DNA of 64,000 nt from Candidatus Bathyarchaeota archaeon (GCA_963775465.1 CAVZIW010000006.1:64001-128000), one strand, 5' to 3'; shown: positions 49,857 to 60,341, numbered from the stretch's first letter. A program made the numbers and translations. Notes: generated by a model not told the origin, from the letters alone.

Positions 49857-51041
49857 ATGAGCGCTTCAAACGAATTAGAAAAAGCAGCAACAGCATACGC
49901 ACTAGACGCTGTACGATTAGATAAACAGGGGCAAAAAGGCAGAGCAATAACCCTCTACCAAAAAGCGATTGAAAGTCTTCTGCAACTCGTCCAACTATAC
50001 CCCGAATACGGGTTGAATAAAGTCTATGTGCAGCGAGCGATCGCTTACCAGGAACGTATCAAGTCATTACAAGGCACGGTTTCTTCAAACGAGATGAACC
50101 AAGCAATAAACAATGACAATGAAGGTGGTAGTGGAGCAACCATGGAAGGCAATGGAAACGGTAACGGAAAACCAAATGAAGAGCTCGTAGTTACAGAAAA
50201 ACCCAAAGTTAACTGGACCGAAGTAATCGGTTTAGATACAGCCAAAAAAGCAGTTAAAGAAGCCATTGTATACCCAGTGCAGCGACCAGACTTGTTCCCG
50301 CTCGGATGGCCACGCGGAATCTTACTTTTTGGTCCTCCTGGGTGCGGCAAAACACTTCTTGCAGCTGCAGTTGCAACTGAGATCGACGCAAACTTCTATT
50401 CCATAGATGCAGCTTCAATCATGTCCAAATGGCTCGGCGAAGCAGAACAAAACGTAGCAAAACTGTTTAACAGTGCCCGGAAATCCTCCAACGAAGGCAA
50501 ACCAGCCATCGTTTTCGTAGATGAATTGGACTCACTTATGGGTGCACATACAAACGAGGTTGGAGGCGAAATCCGTGTACGAAACCAATTCCTCAAGGAA
50601 ATGGACGGCATTATGGACAAAGGTAAAGCATTACACGTTTACGTGATTGGTGCAACTAACAAGCCGTGGGATTTAGATTGGGCATTTATTCGGCGTTTCC
50701 AGAAACGTATCTTGGTTCCGCTGGCAGATCATGGTACACGTCTTAGCATGCTCAAGTTATACTCAAGTAACCTACAGATTGCAGCAGATGTAGACTTGCA
50801 TGAGTTAGCTCGCCTAGCAGAAGGCTTCTCAGGAAGCGACATACGTGATGTATGTCAATCAGCACAGCTTAAACTCATAGGAGAATTCTTCGAATCCGGT
50901 AAAGCAATGGACAGAGAAGCAAAACCTCGACCATTAACGATGGCAGACTTCCGGCAAATCCTCGAAGAACGCAAACCTTCAGTCTCGCTCGACATGCTTT
51001 CACAATACAACCGATGGTTCGAAGCATTTAAAGCACTATAA
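49857..51041 (+). CDS. cdvC: Vps4-like AAA ATPase CdvC
   Basis: N-terminal MIT domain, GPPGCGKT, SKWLGE, VDELD, ATNKPW, RRFQKR. Confidence 0.95.
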   Translation: MSASNELEKAATAYALDAVRLDKQGQKGRAITLYQKAIESLLQLVQLYPEYGLNKVYVQRAIAYQERIKSLQGTVSSNEMNQAINNDNEGGSGATMEGNGNGNGKPNEELVVTEKPKVNWTEVIGLDTAKKAVKEAIVYPVQRPDLFPLGWPRGILLFGPPGCGKTLLAAAVATEIDANFYSIDAASIMSKWLGEAEQNVAKLFNSARKSSNEGKPAIVFVDELDSLMGAHTNEVGGEIRVRNQFLKEMDGIMDKGKALHVYVIGATNKPWDLDWAFIRRFQKRILVPLADHGTRLSMLKLYSSNLQIAADVDLHELARLAEGFSGSDIRDVCQSAQLKLIGEFFESGKAMDREAKPRPLTMADFRQILEERKPSVSLDMLSQYNRWFEAFKAL

Positions 51042-51281
51042 TGGAGGGCAACAAAGAGAACTCTAAAGGATGGGTTGAGTGGAAAGGTTTGGAGAACAAT
51101 TATTTTTAGCACGCTCTCCCCTTCTCCCCCTCAAACAAACCTCCGAACCCCACAAATAACCCATCCAAACCTATTTCTTATCTAATTTGGGTTGAACTCA
51201 ATAATTACCATCTTATTTCCAGCTAAATAACCTATGTAAAGTCAGTAAACTGCACGCCAAAAAACTAAGGTTGTATATGCT

Positions 51282-51761
51282 CTATTGTGTGTTTTTCATT
51301 TCTTCCTTAAACGTCTCTTCCAGCATCTTCTTATTTATTCCAATCTCTTCAGCTAAACGCTTAACTTGTTTTACATAAGTCCGGAATAGACTTTGAAGAA
51401 TTTCAGCTTTTTCGTTTTCTGAAAGTTCTCTCTCCTCAGCCAACAAAAGCGCAAACCACTTTCCAAGGTTAGTGAGCTGATAAGCTTTTATCCAAATGAT
51501 TCTTCCTTCTTTGTCGTTTTTTTCCATGCTTTCGTTTAAAACGCCCAACGACGTTAGAGTTTTGAGATTTTCAATTATGGTTTTGTTAGAGTAGTTTAGT
51601 TTTTTGACAAGGTCTTTCTGGTAGATGTTTTTTGATATACCCTGTTTTAGGCTAAAACGCAAGACGTCTACGCCTGCTTTGGAGCCGAATATGGCGGAGA
51701 GAATTTTGTCTTTTTTTTCCATTGGAAGAAATACTACATATGGATGTAACTTTTCGGTCAC
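51282..51761 (-). CDS. Winged-helix protein
   Basis: YQKDLVKKLNYSNKTIIENLKTL...AYQLTNLG. Confidence 0.7.
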   Translation of the reverse strand: MTEKLHPYVVFLPMEKKDKILSAIFGSKAGVDVLRFSLKQGISKNIYQKDLVKKLNYSNKTIIENLKTLTSLGVLNESMEKNDKEGRIIWIKAYQLTNLGKWFALLLAEERELSENEKAEILQSLFRTYVKQVKRLAEEIGINKKMLEETFKEEMKNTQ

Positions 51762-51932
51762 AATGTTCCCTTTCTAAACGGATAGTCAGCGTTTTTACAT
51801 TTAAAAATATTGCTTCTTCCTCTCAATGTAAATAGTGTACAAAAAGCTAGAAGATTTAGGTGCAATTTAGAAAAACAATTTTATACTCCAAAGCTCCATT
51901 GATGAAGTTAACCCGAGAAGGCAAGATTTCAT

Positions 51933-52913
51933 ATGAAAAAAACCCTACTCACATTCATTGGCATTCTTACATTATGTTGCTTAATCCTTACTATGGTTCC
52001 AGAAGCCAAAAGCCAAACTCAAAGCGTCAAAGTGGTGAGTTACTCTTACTATATCGATTCTATTGGTTACCTAGTTGTGGTAGGTGAGGTTCAAAATCAA
52101 GGTCCTAACATTATATCTAGTGTTACAGTCACTGGAGTTGTTACTTCATCAGATGGATCCGAAGCAAGCTCCTATGCTCAGGTCTGGGGACAAAATCTGT
52201 TGCCTCAACAGAAAGCCCCATTTTATATGGAATTTGCATCGCAAAGCAGTAGCGGCGGAGCTTGGAACAACGATATTTCAGACGTTACGCTAAACGTCTT
52301 CGAAGCTGATCCTACTGCAAACTACCAGTATCCAGATCTGGCTATTTCAAACCAGCAATCTTACATTGGCACTAATAAAGTTGGTCAACTAGCTGACTAT
52401 GGTGTTTTCTGGGTAACAGGCAACATCCAAAACACCGGCACTCAAACTGCTCAAAACGTTACTGTAATTGCGACATTCTACAACTCCACTAATCAAGTGG
52501 TTGCAGTGGGGTATTCAGACAAGACAACCGTGAACCCTTACTCCATTGAGCCCCAACAAAGCAGCACCTTCAAGCTCGGTGCCTTTGACCTTAACCAATC
52601 AATCGTTCCAACAGACAAAAAAATCGAGACTTACTCTTTGCTTCTCCAAGTTCAAGGTCCAATTCTGCAGGGCACTGCCCCCATCCCAGTCGAGACACCA
52701 ACTCCACCTCCCGTATCATCAACAACTCCCGTACCAGGTGGCAGTACAGGTGACGACTCAACTGGAGCCCCAATTCCAACAACAGTCTACATCATAGTAA
52801 TCGTGGCTATTGTCATCGTGGTTGTTGCTGGTTTATTGCTCCTAAGAAAGCCCAATAAACTCAAACAGACAAACAACCAAAACAAAAACAAACCCAAGAA
52901 AACCAAAAAATAG
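51933..52913 (+). CDS. Surface protein with two FxLYD-like Ig domains and TM anchor
   Basis: VVGEVQNQG, VTGNIQNTG..VIATFYNS, Pro/Thr linker, TM and Lys-rich tail. Confidence 0.8.
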   Translation: MKKTLLTFIGILTLCCLILTMVPEAKSQTQSVKVVSYSYYIDSIGYLVVVGEVQNQGPNIISSVTVTGVVTSSDGSEASSYAQVWGQNLLPQQKAPFYMEFASQSSSGGAWNNDISDVTLNVFEADPTANYQYPDLAISNQQSYIGTNKVGQLADYGVFWVTGNIQNTGTQTAQNVTVIATFYNSTNQVVAVGYSDKTTVNPYSIEPQQSSTFKLGAFDLNQSIVPTDKKIETYSLLLQVQGPILQGTAPIPVETPTPPPVSSTTPVPGGSTGDDSTGAPIPTTVYIIVIVAIVIVVVAGLLLLRKPNKLKQTNNQNKNKPKKTKK

Positions 52914-52993
52914 TTCAAAGGTCAATCAATTCATTTTTGAGTTAAAGGCGATTCAGCCTTTAGCGAAGATGCTATCGTTTAAATATTTCCTCT

Positions 52994-53863
52994 TTGCAAT
53001 GGTTGGTTATGAGCTTTAAATCCCAATCCCCTTCACGACGCAGCCGGCAATTTTCCAAAACGACTCACGAAAAGAAATCAAAAGAAAAGAAGAAGCGTTC
53101 AGGTCCCAAGTATCTTATGGAAGAGATAACTGAGGTAACGCATCAAAAGGTAGCTGAAAGGGCACTCAATGGTATAAGTAAGCTCGGAACCCAAATTTTT
53201 GCGCTTTCGCCATTTAGTCAGTATTTTGATGATTGGTTAGTTAGCCTAAGGCAAGTGGTTTTAGAATTTGAATCCAACCCTGTCATGAAGGTTGATGAAC
53301 AATTCCAAAAAGAACGTATGCAAGCCTTCCTAGACATTGAAGCTGCACTTGCAGAAAGTCGTCTTCAAGAATCAAACTTAACCGCTGAAGAAAAGGCTTT
53401 GGCAGAGAACAATCACCTCATCGTTGAAGCTGATCAACAATACGCTGAAAAAACAAGAGAAAACAGCAACAAACGAAACACTGAAGTGCAACGGTTAAGC
53501 AACAAAATTCGTCAACTCGAAGACGATCTCTCAGTCCAACAGGAAATCAAAATTGGCTTCTTCAAATTCAACGAAAAAAAACGTGCCCAACAAAAATTAA
53601 ACCAGCTTACCAATGACTTATCCTCTTCAAGGAGCGAATTGGAAGTCACTTTAGCAAGTTTCACGGCTGAGCAAGAAAAACTTCACGATTCCTATCAAAA
53701 ACGCAAACAGGAGCTAAGCGAAAACAGTGATCGCCTCCATAAAGAACTTGAAAAACTGGAAAATGATACGTCGATTGAAGCAAGACAAACCGTCTGCAAT
53801 ACATTAGCTAATGCCGTTAAAACTTTATTGCAGCGTACACCCGCAAATCAATCCAGCGAATAA
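52994..53863 (+). CDS. Coiled-coil hypothetical protein
   Basis: E/K/Q-rich heptads with a basic N-terminus. Confidence 0.7.
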   Translation: MQWLVMSFKSQSPSRRSRQFSKTTHEKKSKEKKKRSGPKYLMEEITEVTHQKVAERALNGISKLGTQIFALSPFSQYFDDWLVSLRQVVLEFESNPVMKVDEQFQKERMQAFLDIEAALAESRLQESNLTAEEKALAENNHLIVEADQQYAEKTRENSNKRNTEVQRLSNKIRQLEDDLSVQQEIKIGFFKFNEKKRAQQKLNQLTNDLSSSRSELEVTLASFTAEQEKLHDSYQKRKQELSENSDRLHKELEKLENDTSIEARQTVCNTLANAVKTLLQRTPANQSSE

Positions 53864-54024
53864 CAAAACCATCTCAATCTCTATTGGTTTGATTTATCGA
53901 AGAGTCAACTGCCGCTATAATTTCGTAAAAAGAAAACTGGCTAAAACATTTGATAGATGCAGTTTTATATAAGAAATTGCAGATTAAAGATGATAATTTA
54001 TTTGTACTATTGGATTGTGTCTAA

Positions 54025-55374
54025 ATGAGAAAGACCATATTCAAAAAACTTGAAGCACAGGGTCTTATTGCAAATTATAATCGTTTACGAAAGAACCTGC
54101 CGTCCAAGTTGCCTGACCGCGTATTCATCTGGGATGAAACCTTCCGCGAAGGCATAAAGGCGCCAACTGTTTACTTGACATACGTAGAACAGGTTCGTCT
54201 GGCAAAATTAATGGATGAATCTGGAGTATCCATAATAAACGTCGGGTTTCCCGCCCTCTCAGACGAAGAAAGACGTACTGTAAAACGTATAGTAAACGAA
54301 AGCTTGACCTACTCAAAACTCACCGCATCAGCGGAGCCAACAAAGAAAAGTGTAAACGCATGTTTGGAATGCGGAATCAAAGACATAACTATCGAATCAC
54401 CCATAAATGGCTTAAACTTACAGTTCAAGTTAAAGTTAACTAAAGAGCAAGCTTTGCAAAGAATAGTTGAAAGCGTTGACTATGCCAAAAAACATGGAAC
54501 AATCGTGAACTTTGTTCTAATGGACGGAACACGAACTCCGCTTGAAGATATAATTGAAGTCCTCGAAGCAGCCGCAGCTGCAGGGGCAAGCCGTCTAGGC
54601 ATCGCTGACAGCGTTGGCTTCATGAGACCCCTGTCCATGCGTTACTTAATGTCACACATTCGAGAAGGTTTGTCTGAAACTGTTCGAAAGAACGTTCCAC
54701 TTTCAATCCATTGTCACAACGACTTCGGATTAGCTTCAGCTAACACTTTAGCCGCCATGGAAGAAGGCGTACCTTACCTCCATACTTGCATAGCAGGTTT
54801 TGGAGAACGTGCTGGCATCGCACCATTCGAAGAAGTGGTTACAGCAGCCGAACTACTATATAACATCGACACAGGCATCGACCTCGGCAAAATCTACCGT
54901 ATCGCCCAAACAACCGAAAAAGCCTTTGCCCTGCCAATTCAATTCCACAAACCTATCATCGGCGAAAACATCTTTACCCATGAGGTTGAAGAAGAAGTCG
55001 GAGAAATGCTCTCTCAACCACTAGTTTTTGAGCCTTTCCCGCCTGAAATCGTGGGCAGAGAAACAATGATTTTCATTGGTCGAAACACAGGTCAAACACT
55101 AATCCAAAAGCTCCTTGAGAACGCAGGTATCCGTGCATCGCCTAGACAGATGGATGAACTCTTCAGACGAATCAAGGGTCCACAGGAAAGCCTTGACAAA
55201 GGCGAAGCCCAAATGACCTATTATCAAGTTAAAAAACTTATGAAAGAGCTCCTAAAAGGCTTCACCATGGAAGAATTCTGGCGTCTAGTAGAACAAGTAA
55301 CAAGGCAAAAGCCAAAGCTGCAAAAAACAAGCAAGAGACAGCCTGGACAAACCGCTGATCAGCTCCTAAGTTAG
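54025..55374 (+). CDS. DRE-TIM metallolyase (homocitrate/isopropylmalate synthase-like), divergent
   Basis: WDETFREG, GFP, ADSVG, HCHNDFGLA, GFGERAG, KPIIGENIFTHE. Confidence 0.8.
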   Translation: MRKTIFKKLEAQGLIANYNRLRKNLPSKLPDRVFIWDETFREGIKAPTVYLTYVEQVRLAKLMDESGVSIINVGFPALSDEERRTVKRIVNESLTYSKLTASAEPTKKSVNACLECGIKDITIESPINGLNLQFKLKLTKEQALQRIVESVDYAKKHGTIVNFVLMDGTRTPLEDIIEVLEAAAAAGASRLGIADSVGFMRPLSMRYLMSHIREGLSETVRKNVPLSIHCHNDFGLASANTLAAMEEGVPYLHTCIAGFGERAGIAPFEEVVTAAELLYNIDTGIDLGKIYRIAQTTEKAFALPIQFHKPIIGENIFTHEVEEEVGEMLSQPLVFEPFPPEIVGRETMIFIGRNTGQTLIQKLLENAGIRASPRQMDELFRRIKGPQESLDKGEAQMTYYQVKKLMKELLKGFTMEEFWRLVEQVTRQKPKLQKTSKRQPGQTADQLLS

Positions 55375-56406
55375 TTCACGTTTTATTTTCTCTATTTCTT
55401 TTTTTGTTGGTTTTCTTGGATAATTGTAGAGGGGTCCGCTTGGTTTTTCATTGTAGAAAGGACGGTTGCAGTCAGTGCATCCGGAAGTACGAAAAGGCAA
55501 TCCACTATCAATTACCTTGGTCAACTCCTCATTACTGAGTCCGTAACCCGTGATGCCACCTTTTCTGCTAAAATGCATATTTTCAACTCTTATTGTACCG
55601 CTGACGATTAAATAGCGGGCAATTTGGATTCGCCTATAAGATACAAGTTCTGGAGGCAATTTGTTCTCTAGTGCTGTGCCTCGGACGGGAGTGAATGCGA
55701 AAAGAGCAGGCAAGACACCCATGTCAACACATCTCTGAATTATCTCAATTGCTTGCTTTTCAGTCTCGCCTAAACCTACAATTATGTGAGTGCTTACATT
55801 TCCTTCTCCAAAAACATCTAATGCTTGCGTTAGGTGGATGAACTGGTCTTTCCAACTGTACATTCCACCGGCTTTTTTCCCTTTAATGTTGTTGAATAGC
55901 ATTTCAGTTGAGGCATCCAAAGCTATGCCTAACCTGTTGACGCCTGCATTTGCTAAACGCACAATATTCTCTCGGTTTAGAGGCTGACAGGAAACTGAAA
56001 CAGGAATTTGTGCGACTTTTTTTATTTCTCTAACTAAAACTTCGATATGAGCAAAGACTTCCGGGTAGTTTAGGGCTTGGATGCAGACCCGTTTCACTCT
56101 TTCTTTTTTTGAGGCTGTTGAGAGTGCATTTAGGGTTCTTAGGGTGGAAAAGGTTGGCCAGGTGACTCGGGATAACATTTCGGTACTGCTCTTACTATTT
56201 CGAGCTTGGGGGCAGAATCCACAGTTTGCTAAGCATTTACCCCTTTTATACGTCATAACGTAAGCGGTTGTGGGTTTAGCGTCTAGTTTGCCTTTCAAGA
56301 GCTCAAGGACTATAGCGGTGCCTAAGGAAACACGAATGTGCTCAGGCAAACCAGAGGGTTCGGTCATTGCGACACCCAGAATACTTGAAAAGTAATGGCT
56401 GAACAT
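55366..56406 (-). CDS. Radical SAM protein, LipS2-type lipoyl synthase component
   Basis: CLANCGFC, LFAFTP, C-terminal TSGCTDCNRP matching the TxGCPxC(N/D)RP motif; real start probably 56367. Confidence 0.75.
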   Translation of the reverse strand: MFSHYFSSILGVAMTEPSGLPEHIRVSLGTAIVLELLKGKLDAKPTTAYVMTYKRGKCLANCGFCPQARNSKSSTEMLSRVTWPTFSTLRTLNALSTASKKERVKRVCIQALNYPEVFAHIEVLVREIKKVAQIPVSVSCQPLNRENIVRLANAGVNRLGIALDASTEMLFNNIKGKKAGGMYSWKDQFIHLTQALDVFGEGNVSTHIIVGLGETEKQAIEIIQRCVDMGVLPALFAFTPVRGTALENKLPPELVSYRRIQIARYLIVSGTIRVENMHFSRKGGITGYGLSNEELTKVIDSGLPFRTSGCTDCNRPFYNEKPSGPLYNYPRKPTKKEIEKIKRELT

Positions 56407-56918
56407 TATATTAGTTTAGTTTTCTTTCTAGTCAAGCTAATTATTCGACTTACCAATGAAACCAAGAAGAACCCTATATACGCAAACTGCACAAAATTAA
56501 ATGAAGTCTGAACAGGAAAAATCAATGTTAAAACTACGCCGATGTAAAGAGAACTCCCTTGGTATCTGCCAACGGGGTCATAGAGTTTTTTCGTATAACG
56601 ACTGGTTACCGCGAACTGGACAAATGATGCAGCAATAATAAGCAGAAACCAAACAGGATAAAATCCAACCCAATAGAAACCTGTGAAAATACCCATCATA
56701 AGAACAAAATCCATTGTAGCATCATAGAATGCTCCAAATCGTGAGCTTACTTTCAATTTCCTTGCCAAACTGCCATCTAAATAGTCCGTAACAGCGCAAA
56801 AAATCAACAGAATTAAACAGCCAACAATGTTTTCTTGGACAAAAAGATAAATGAATAACGGTAGAACTGCAACTCGAACCGAACTGATTAAGGCGGGAAT
56901 AACGAACAATTTTTTCAT
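56406..56918 (-). CDS. CDP-alcohol phosphatidyltransferase
   Basis: TDYLDGSLARK...SRFGAFYDATMD. Confidence 0.88.
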   Translation of the reverse strand: MKKLFVIPALISSVRVAVLPLFIYLFVQENIVGCLILLIFCAVTDYLDGSLARKLKVSSRFGAFYDATMDFVLMMGIFTGFYWVGFYPVWFLLIIAASFVQFAVTSRYTKKLYDPVGRYQGSSLYIGVVLTLIFPVQTSFNFVQFAYIGFFLVSLVSRIISLTRKKTKLI

Positions 56919-57163
56919 ATTTGCACTCTTTTGTTTGTATTCACATTAATGAATCTACTTCGCTCTCAATGACTACTTATTGTCTAATGCTTTTGATTTT
57001 ATAAGTGATAGTCATTAGGGTTGTTGGTTCTGAATGCTTTAAAGATCTTCTTTCTCGACGTTTTAAGTTGAGTTAAACTGTTGTTTTGCAAAACTTTATT
57101 ATTCGACTGTGAAAATTTACACTCGGTTGAAGAAAGGTGCATATGACCTTCTAACATGTCAGG

Positions 57164-57823
57164 TTGGTTTGGTTGACGAAATTAGCCGAATTAGGTTTCT
57201 CGAAAGGAATAATTTTCGAGACCATAGTCTCAACCTATAACCTTGATGGTTCACCCAACGCAGCACCAATGGGCGTCACCATGCAAAACCAAGAAATTCT
57301 CGCTATCGACATTTATGATTCCTCACAAACCAGCCGTAATTTAAAGACAAACAGATCTGCCGTTATAAACCTGACAATCGCTATAGAATTATTCTACAAA
57401 ACTGCCTTCAAAGAAACTAATCTAAAGGGAAAACTACCGCTGGACCTGTTCCAGCGAGCAGCTAGGGTAAACGCTCCCAAACTACTTTTAGCAGATGCCA
57501 CAATTGATGTTTCCGTAGTCAACATGGATCCAGTCGGAGAGGAAAAAACCCGATTCTTCTGTAAGGTCGAAGGGATAAATGCTGATGTGAAGTACCCACA
57601 AGTTTACTGCCGCGCTATGCCAGCAACTCTTGAAGCAATAGTCCATGCAACCCGCATAAAAGTGTACGCAAATGATGAAAAGAAAAAAGAGCAAGTAAAC
57701 CATCTTCTCCAAACAATCAATAATTGCAGCGACGTAGTAAACCGCACAGCACCAAACTCAACATGCTCGGCAGTTATTGCAGATTTAATGAAAAGAATCG
57801 ATTCATGGAGGAAAAAATCGTGA
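57164..57823 (+). CDS. DUF447-family protein
   Basis: ETIVST..DGSPNAAPMG, RA..A.LEAIVHATR. Confidence 0.85.
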   Translation: MVWLTKLAELGFSKGIIFETIVSTYNLDGSPNAAPMGVTMQNQEILAIDIYDSSQTSRNLKTNRSAVINLTIAIELFYKTAFKETNLKGKLPLDLFQRAARVNAPKLLLADATIDVSVVNMDPVGEEKTRFFCKVEGINADVKYPQVYCRAMPATLEAIVHATRIKVYANDEKKKEQVNHLLQTINNCSDVVNRTAPNSTCSAVIADLMKRIDSWRKKS

Positions 57824-58782
57824 AGGTACAAGTTAAAACCCCCGCCCGACTCCACTTTGGACTTATAGATATGAACGGTGATTTGGGGCGTTTGTTCGGG
57901 GGCTTGGGCGTTGGCATCAACCGTCCCAACGTTATCGTGGAAGTTGAGCACTCAGAAGACTTCTCGATCAAGGGCGTCGAAGTTGAACTTGCAAACTCCA
58001 TAGCTCAAATTTTTTTTTCTAATTATCAGCTGCAGCCAAAAGCAAGCATTAACGTTGTTCAGGTTATCCCCGCTCACATTGGGCTAGGATCAGGTACACA
58101 GTTATCTATAGCCATAGCAGTTGCTCTTGCAAGACTCTTTAACATAAAAGCTTCAGTTCCCGAGTTGGCCGTAGCTATGGGACGCGCCAAAAGAACAGCT
58201 GTCGGCACCTCAATCTTTCAAGTAGGCGGATTCGTTGTCGACGGAGGAAAAAACCAAAAAACACAGAATTTTCCGCCGCTAATTTACCGTCAACCCTTCC
58301 CCAAAGAATGGCGCTTTATAGTAGCCATACCAAACACTAAAGAAGGCTTATCCAACTCCGAGGAAAACTACGCCTTCCAAAAACTATCCCAAATGCACGC
58401 CGAAGATGTGGGTCAAATCTGCCGTTTAACCATGCTAAAGCTTCTTCCTGCTTTGGCTGAAAATGATATCACAAACTTTGGCGAGGCACTTACCAAAATT
58501 CAAGTCCTAACAGGTAACCATTTTGCCCAAGCTCAAGGAGGAACCTACTCTAGCTCGATTGCCGCGGACTGCATAGAGTTCATGAAGAATAATGGGGCTT
58601 ACGGAGTAGGGCAGAGTTCTTGGGGACCTGCACTTTATGGCGTGGTGAAACAAGAAGAAGCTAAACAAATGCTCTCAAAATTACGAGCTTACCTACACAA
58701 AGGTGCAGGCGGAAATGTATTCGTTGCTAAAGCTAACAATCGTGGAGCAACAATAAAAATTATAGATGGGGCAAAGGTTTGA
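57820..58782 (+). CDS. mptG: Beta-ribofuranosylaminobenzene 5'-phosphate (RFAP) synthase
   Basis: TPARLHFGLIDMNG, HIGLGSGTQ, GGFVVDGG, GQSSWGP; GTG at 57820 overlaps the upstream TGA. Confidence 0.9.
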   Translation: MKVQVKTPARLHFGLIDMNGDLGRLFGGLGVGINRPNVIVEVEHSEDFSIKGVEVELANSIAQIFFSNYQLQPKASINVVQVIPAHIGLGSGTQLSIAIAVALARLFNIKASVPELAVAMGRAKRTAVGTSIFQVGGFVVDGGKNQKTQNFPPLIYRQPFPKEWRFIVAIPNTKEGLSNSEENYAFQKLSQMHAEDVGQICRLTMLKLLPALAENDITNFGEALTKIQVLTGNHFAQAQGGTYSSSIAADCIEFMKNNGAYGVGQSSWGPALYGVVKQEEAKQMLSKLRAYLHKGAGGNVFVAKANNRGATIKIIDGAKV

Positions 58783-60341
58783 AGGTTCTCCTCGTAACAG
58801 GCGCATTAGCTGAGGACTCTGTTAAGCGATATGCCAAAGAAAGCAGCACCGAAACTCAAACGATCGCGCTAAAGATAGCGGTTGCCGCCTTCTTAACTCC
58901 TGAAACCATCATCAAAGCTCTCAAGAACATTAAACTGGTCGATTTTAACATGATTTTGGTTCCCGGCTTAACAAGAGGAGATACCCGTGCAATTTCCAAA
59001 ATTACCGGGGTTCCAACTTTTAAGGGTCCAAGGTACGCTGCTGACCTGCCAGAAGTTCTGGATTCTCTTTGCGCAATACAGCTTTCAACCATTGAGCCTG
59101 CAGACGATTTGATACGGAAAAAGCTCGCGGAAAAAGCCTCAAAAGAAATAGCCAAGACTGAGGCAAACCGCAACGAATTATTAAAAAAACCATCAAGCAT
59201 CTTAATCGGCAAATTAGCAGTTGGAAAAGACTTTCCCATGCGAGTCCTTGCCGAAATCGTCGATGCCGCCTGCATGGATAAAGAAACAATACAGCAGAAA
59301 GCCAAACAGTTTGTTCATTTTGGGGCAGACATCATTGATGTAGGAATGGTTGCTGGTGAATCCCAACCAGAAAAGGCAAGAAACATTGTTGAATGGGTTA
59401 AACAGGTTGTTAATGTTCCTGTAAGCATTGATACTCTCGATCCAAATGAAATAAAAGCAGCAATTGAGGCAGGTGCCGAACTTGTGCTTAGCGGAGATGC
59501 AGGAAATATCGACGAAATAGCTCCCTTCGTCAAAGACGTTGCAGTTGTCATTATTCCCACTAACCAACGCCAAGGATACTTTCCAAGAAAAGTAAAAGAA
59601 CGCGTAAAATACCTCGAAGAAACAATCGACAAAGCCAAAAAACTGAACATAACAAAATGCATCGCAGATTTGATTCTGGAACCAACCCACATTTTAGAAT
59701 CATTTATTGCTTTCAAAGAGTTTGCTCAAAGAAACCCCGATGTCCCTCTTTTTGTGGGAGTTTCAAATGTTACAGAGCTTATGGATGCGGACTCGGTAGG
59801 TGTTAATGCTTTACTTGCCCAGTTATCCCAAGAAGTGGAAGCCAGCATACTTTTAGCAACGGAGAAAAGCGACAAAGCAAAAGGCACTGTAGCAGAGTAT
59901 GTCACAGCTTCAAAAATGGTGTTCCTTGCTAAAAGGCGTGGCTCTGTTCCTAAAGACCTTGGTATTGACCTTCTAATCCTCAAAGACAAACGATTTCACG
60001 AGGAACCTTTTGATAAAAAACTAGAGGCTGATGTAAGAGTTATTGTAACCTCAGAAAATATTAAACCAGCCGAACTGGATTCTGCGGGCGTTTTCAAAAT
60101 ATTTACCGACCGCGCTGAAGAAGTTTTGGTAGCAGTTCACTACGATTCAGCCCAAATAGATAAGCCAAAAAACATTATCAAAGGAAAAACCGCAGAGAGT
60201 GTATACCTCAAAATCATGGAAATGGGGTTAATCTCAAAATTAAATCATGCCGCCTACTTGGGGAATGAACTAGCTAAAGCTGAAGTTGCCTTGAGAACGG
60301 GAAAGGAGTTTATTCAAGATCAAGGGCTATTTGAAAAATAA
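58779..60341 (+). CDS. Dihydropteroate synthase-like protein with DUF4346-like tail
   Basis: LVTGALA, KGPRYAADL, VLAEIVDA, SIDT, NVTELMDADSVGVN, HAAYLGNELAKA. Confidence 0.88.
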   Translation: MKVLLVTGALAEDSVKRYAKESSTETQTIALKIAVAAFLTPETIIKALKNIKLVDFNMILVPGLTRGDTRAISKITGVPTFKGPRYAADLPEVLDSLCAIQLSTIEPADDLIRKKLAEKASKEIAKTEANRNELLKKPSSILIGKLAVGKDFPMRVLAEIVDAACMDKETIQQKAKQFVHFGADIIDVGMVAGESQPEKARNIVEWVKQVVNVPVSIDTLDPNEIKAAIEAGAELVLSGDAGNIDEIAPFVKDVAVVIIPTNQRQGYFPRKVKERVKYLEETIDKAKKLNITKCIADLILEPTHILESFIAFKEFAQRNPDVPLFVGVSNVTELMDADSVGVNALLAQLSQEVEASILLATEKSDKAKGTVAEYVTASKMVFLAKRRGSVPKDLGIDLLILKDKRFHEEPFDKKLEADVRVIVTSENIKPAELDSAGVFKIFTDRAEEVLVAVHYDSAQIDKPKNIIKGKTAESVYLKIMEMGLISKLNHAAYLGNELAKAEVALRTGKEFIQDQGLFEK

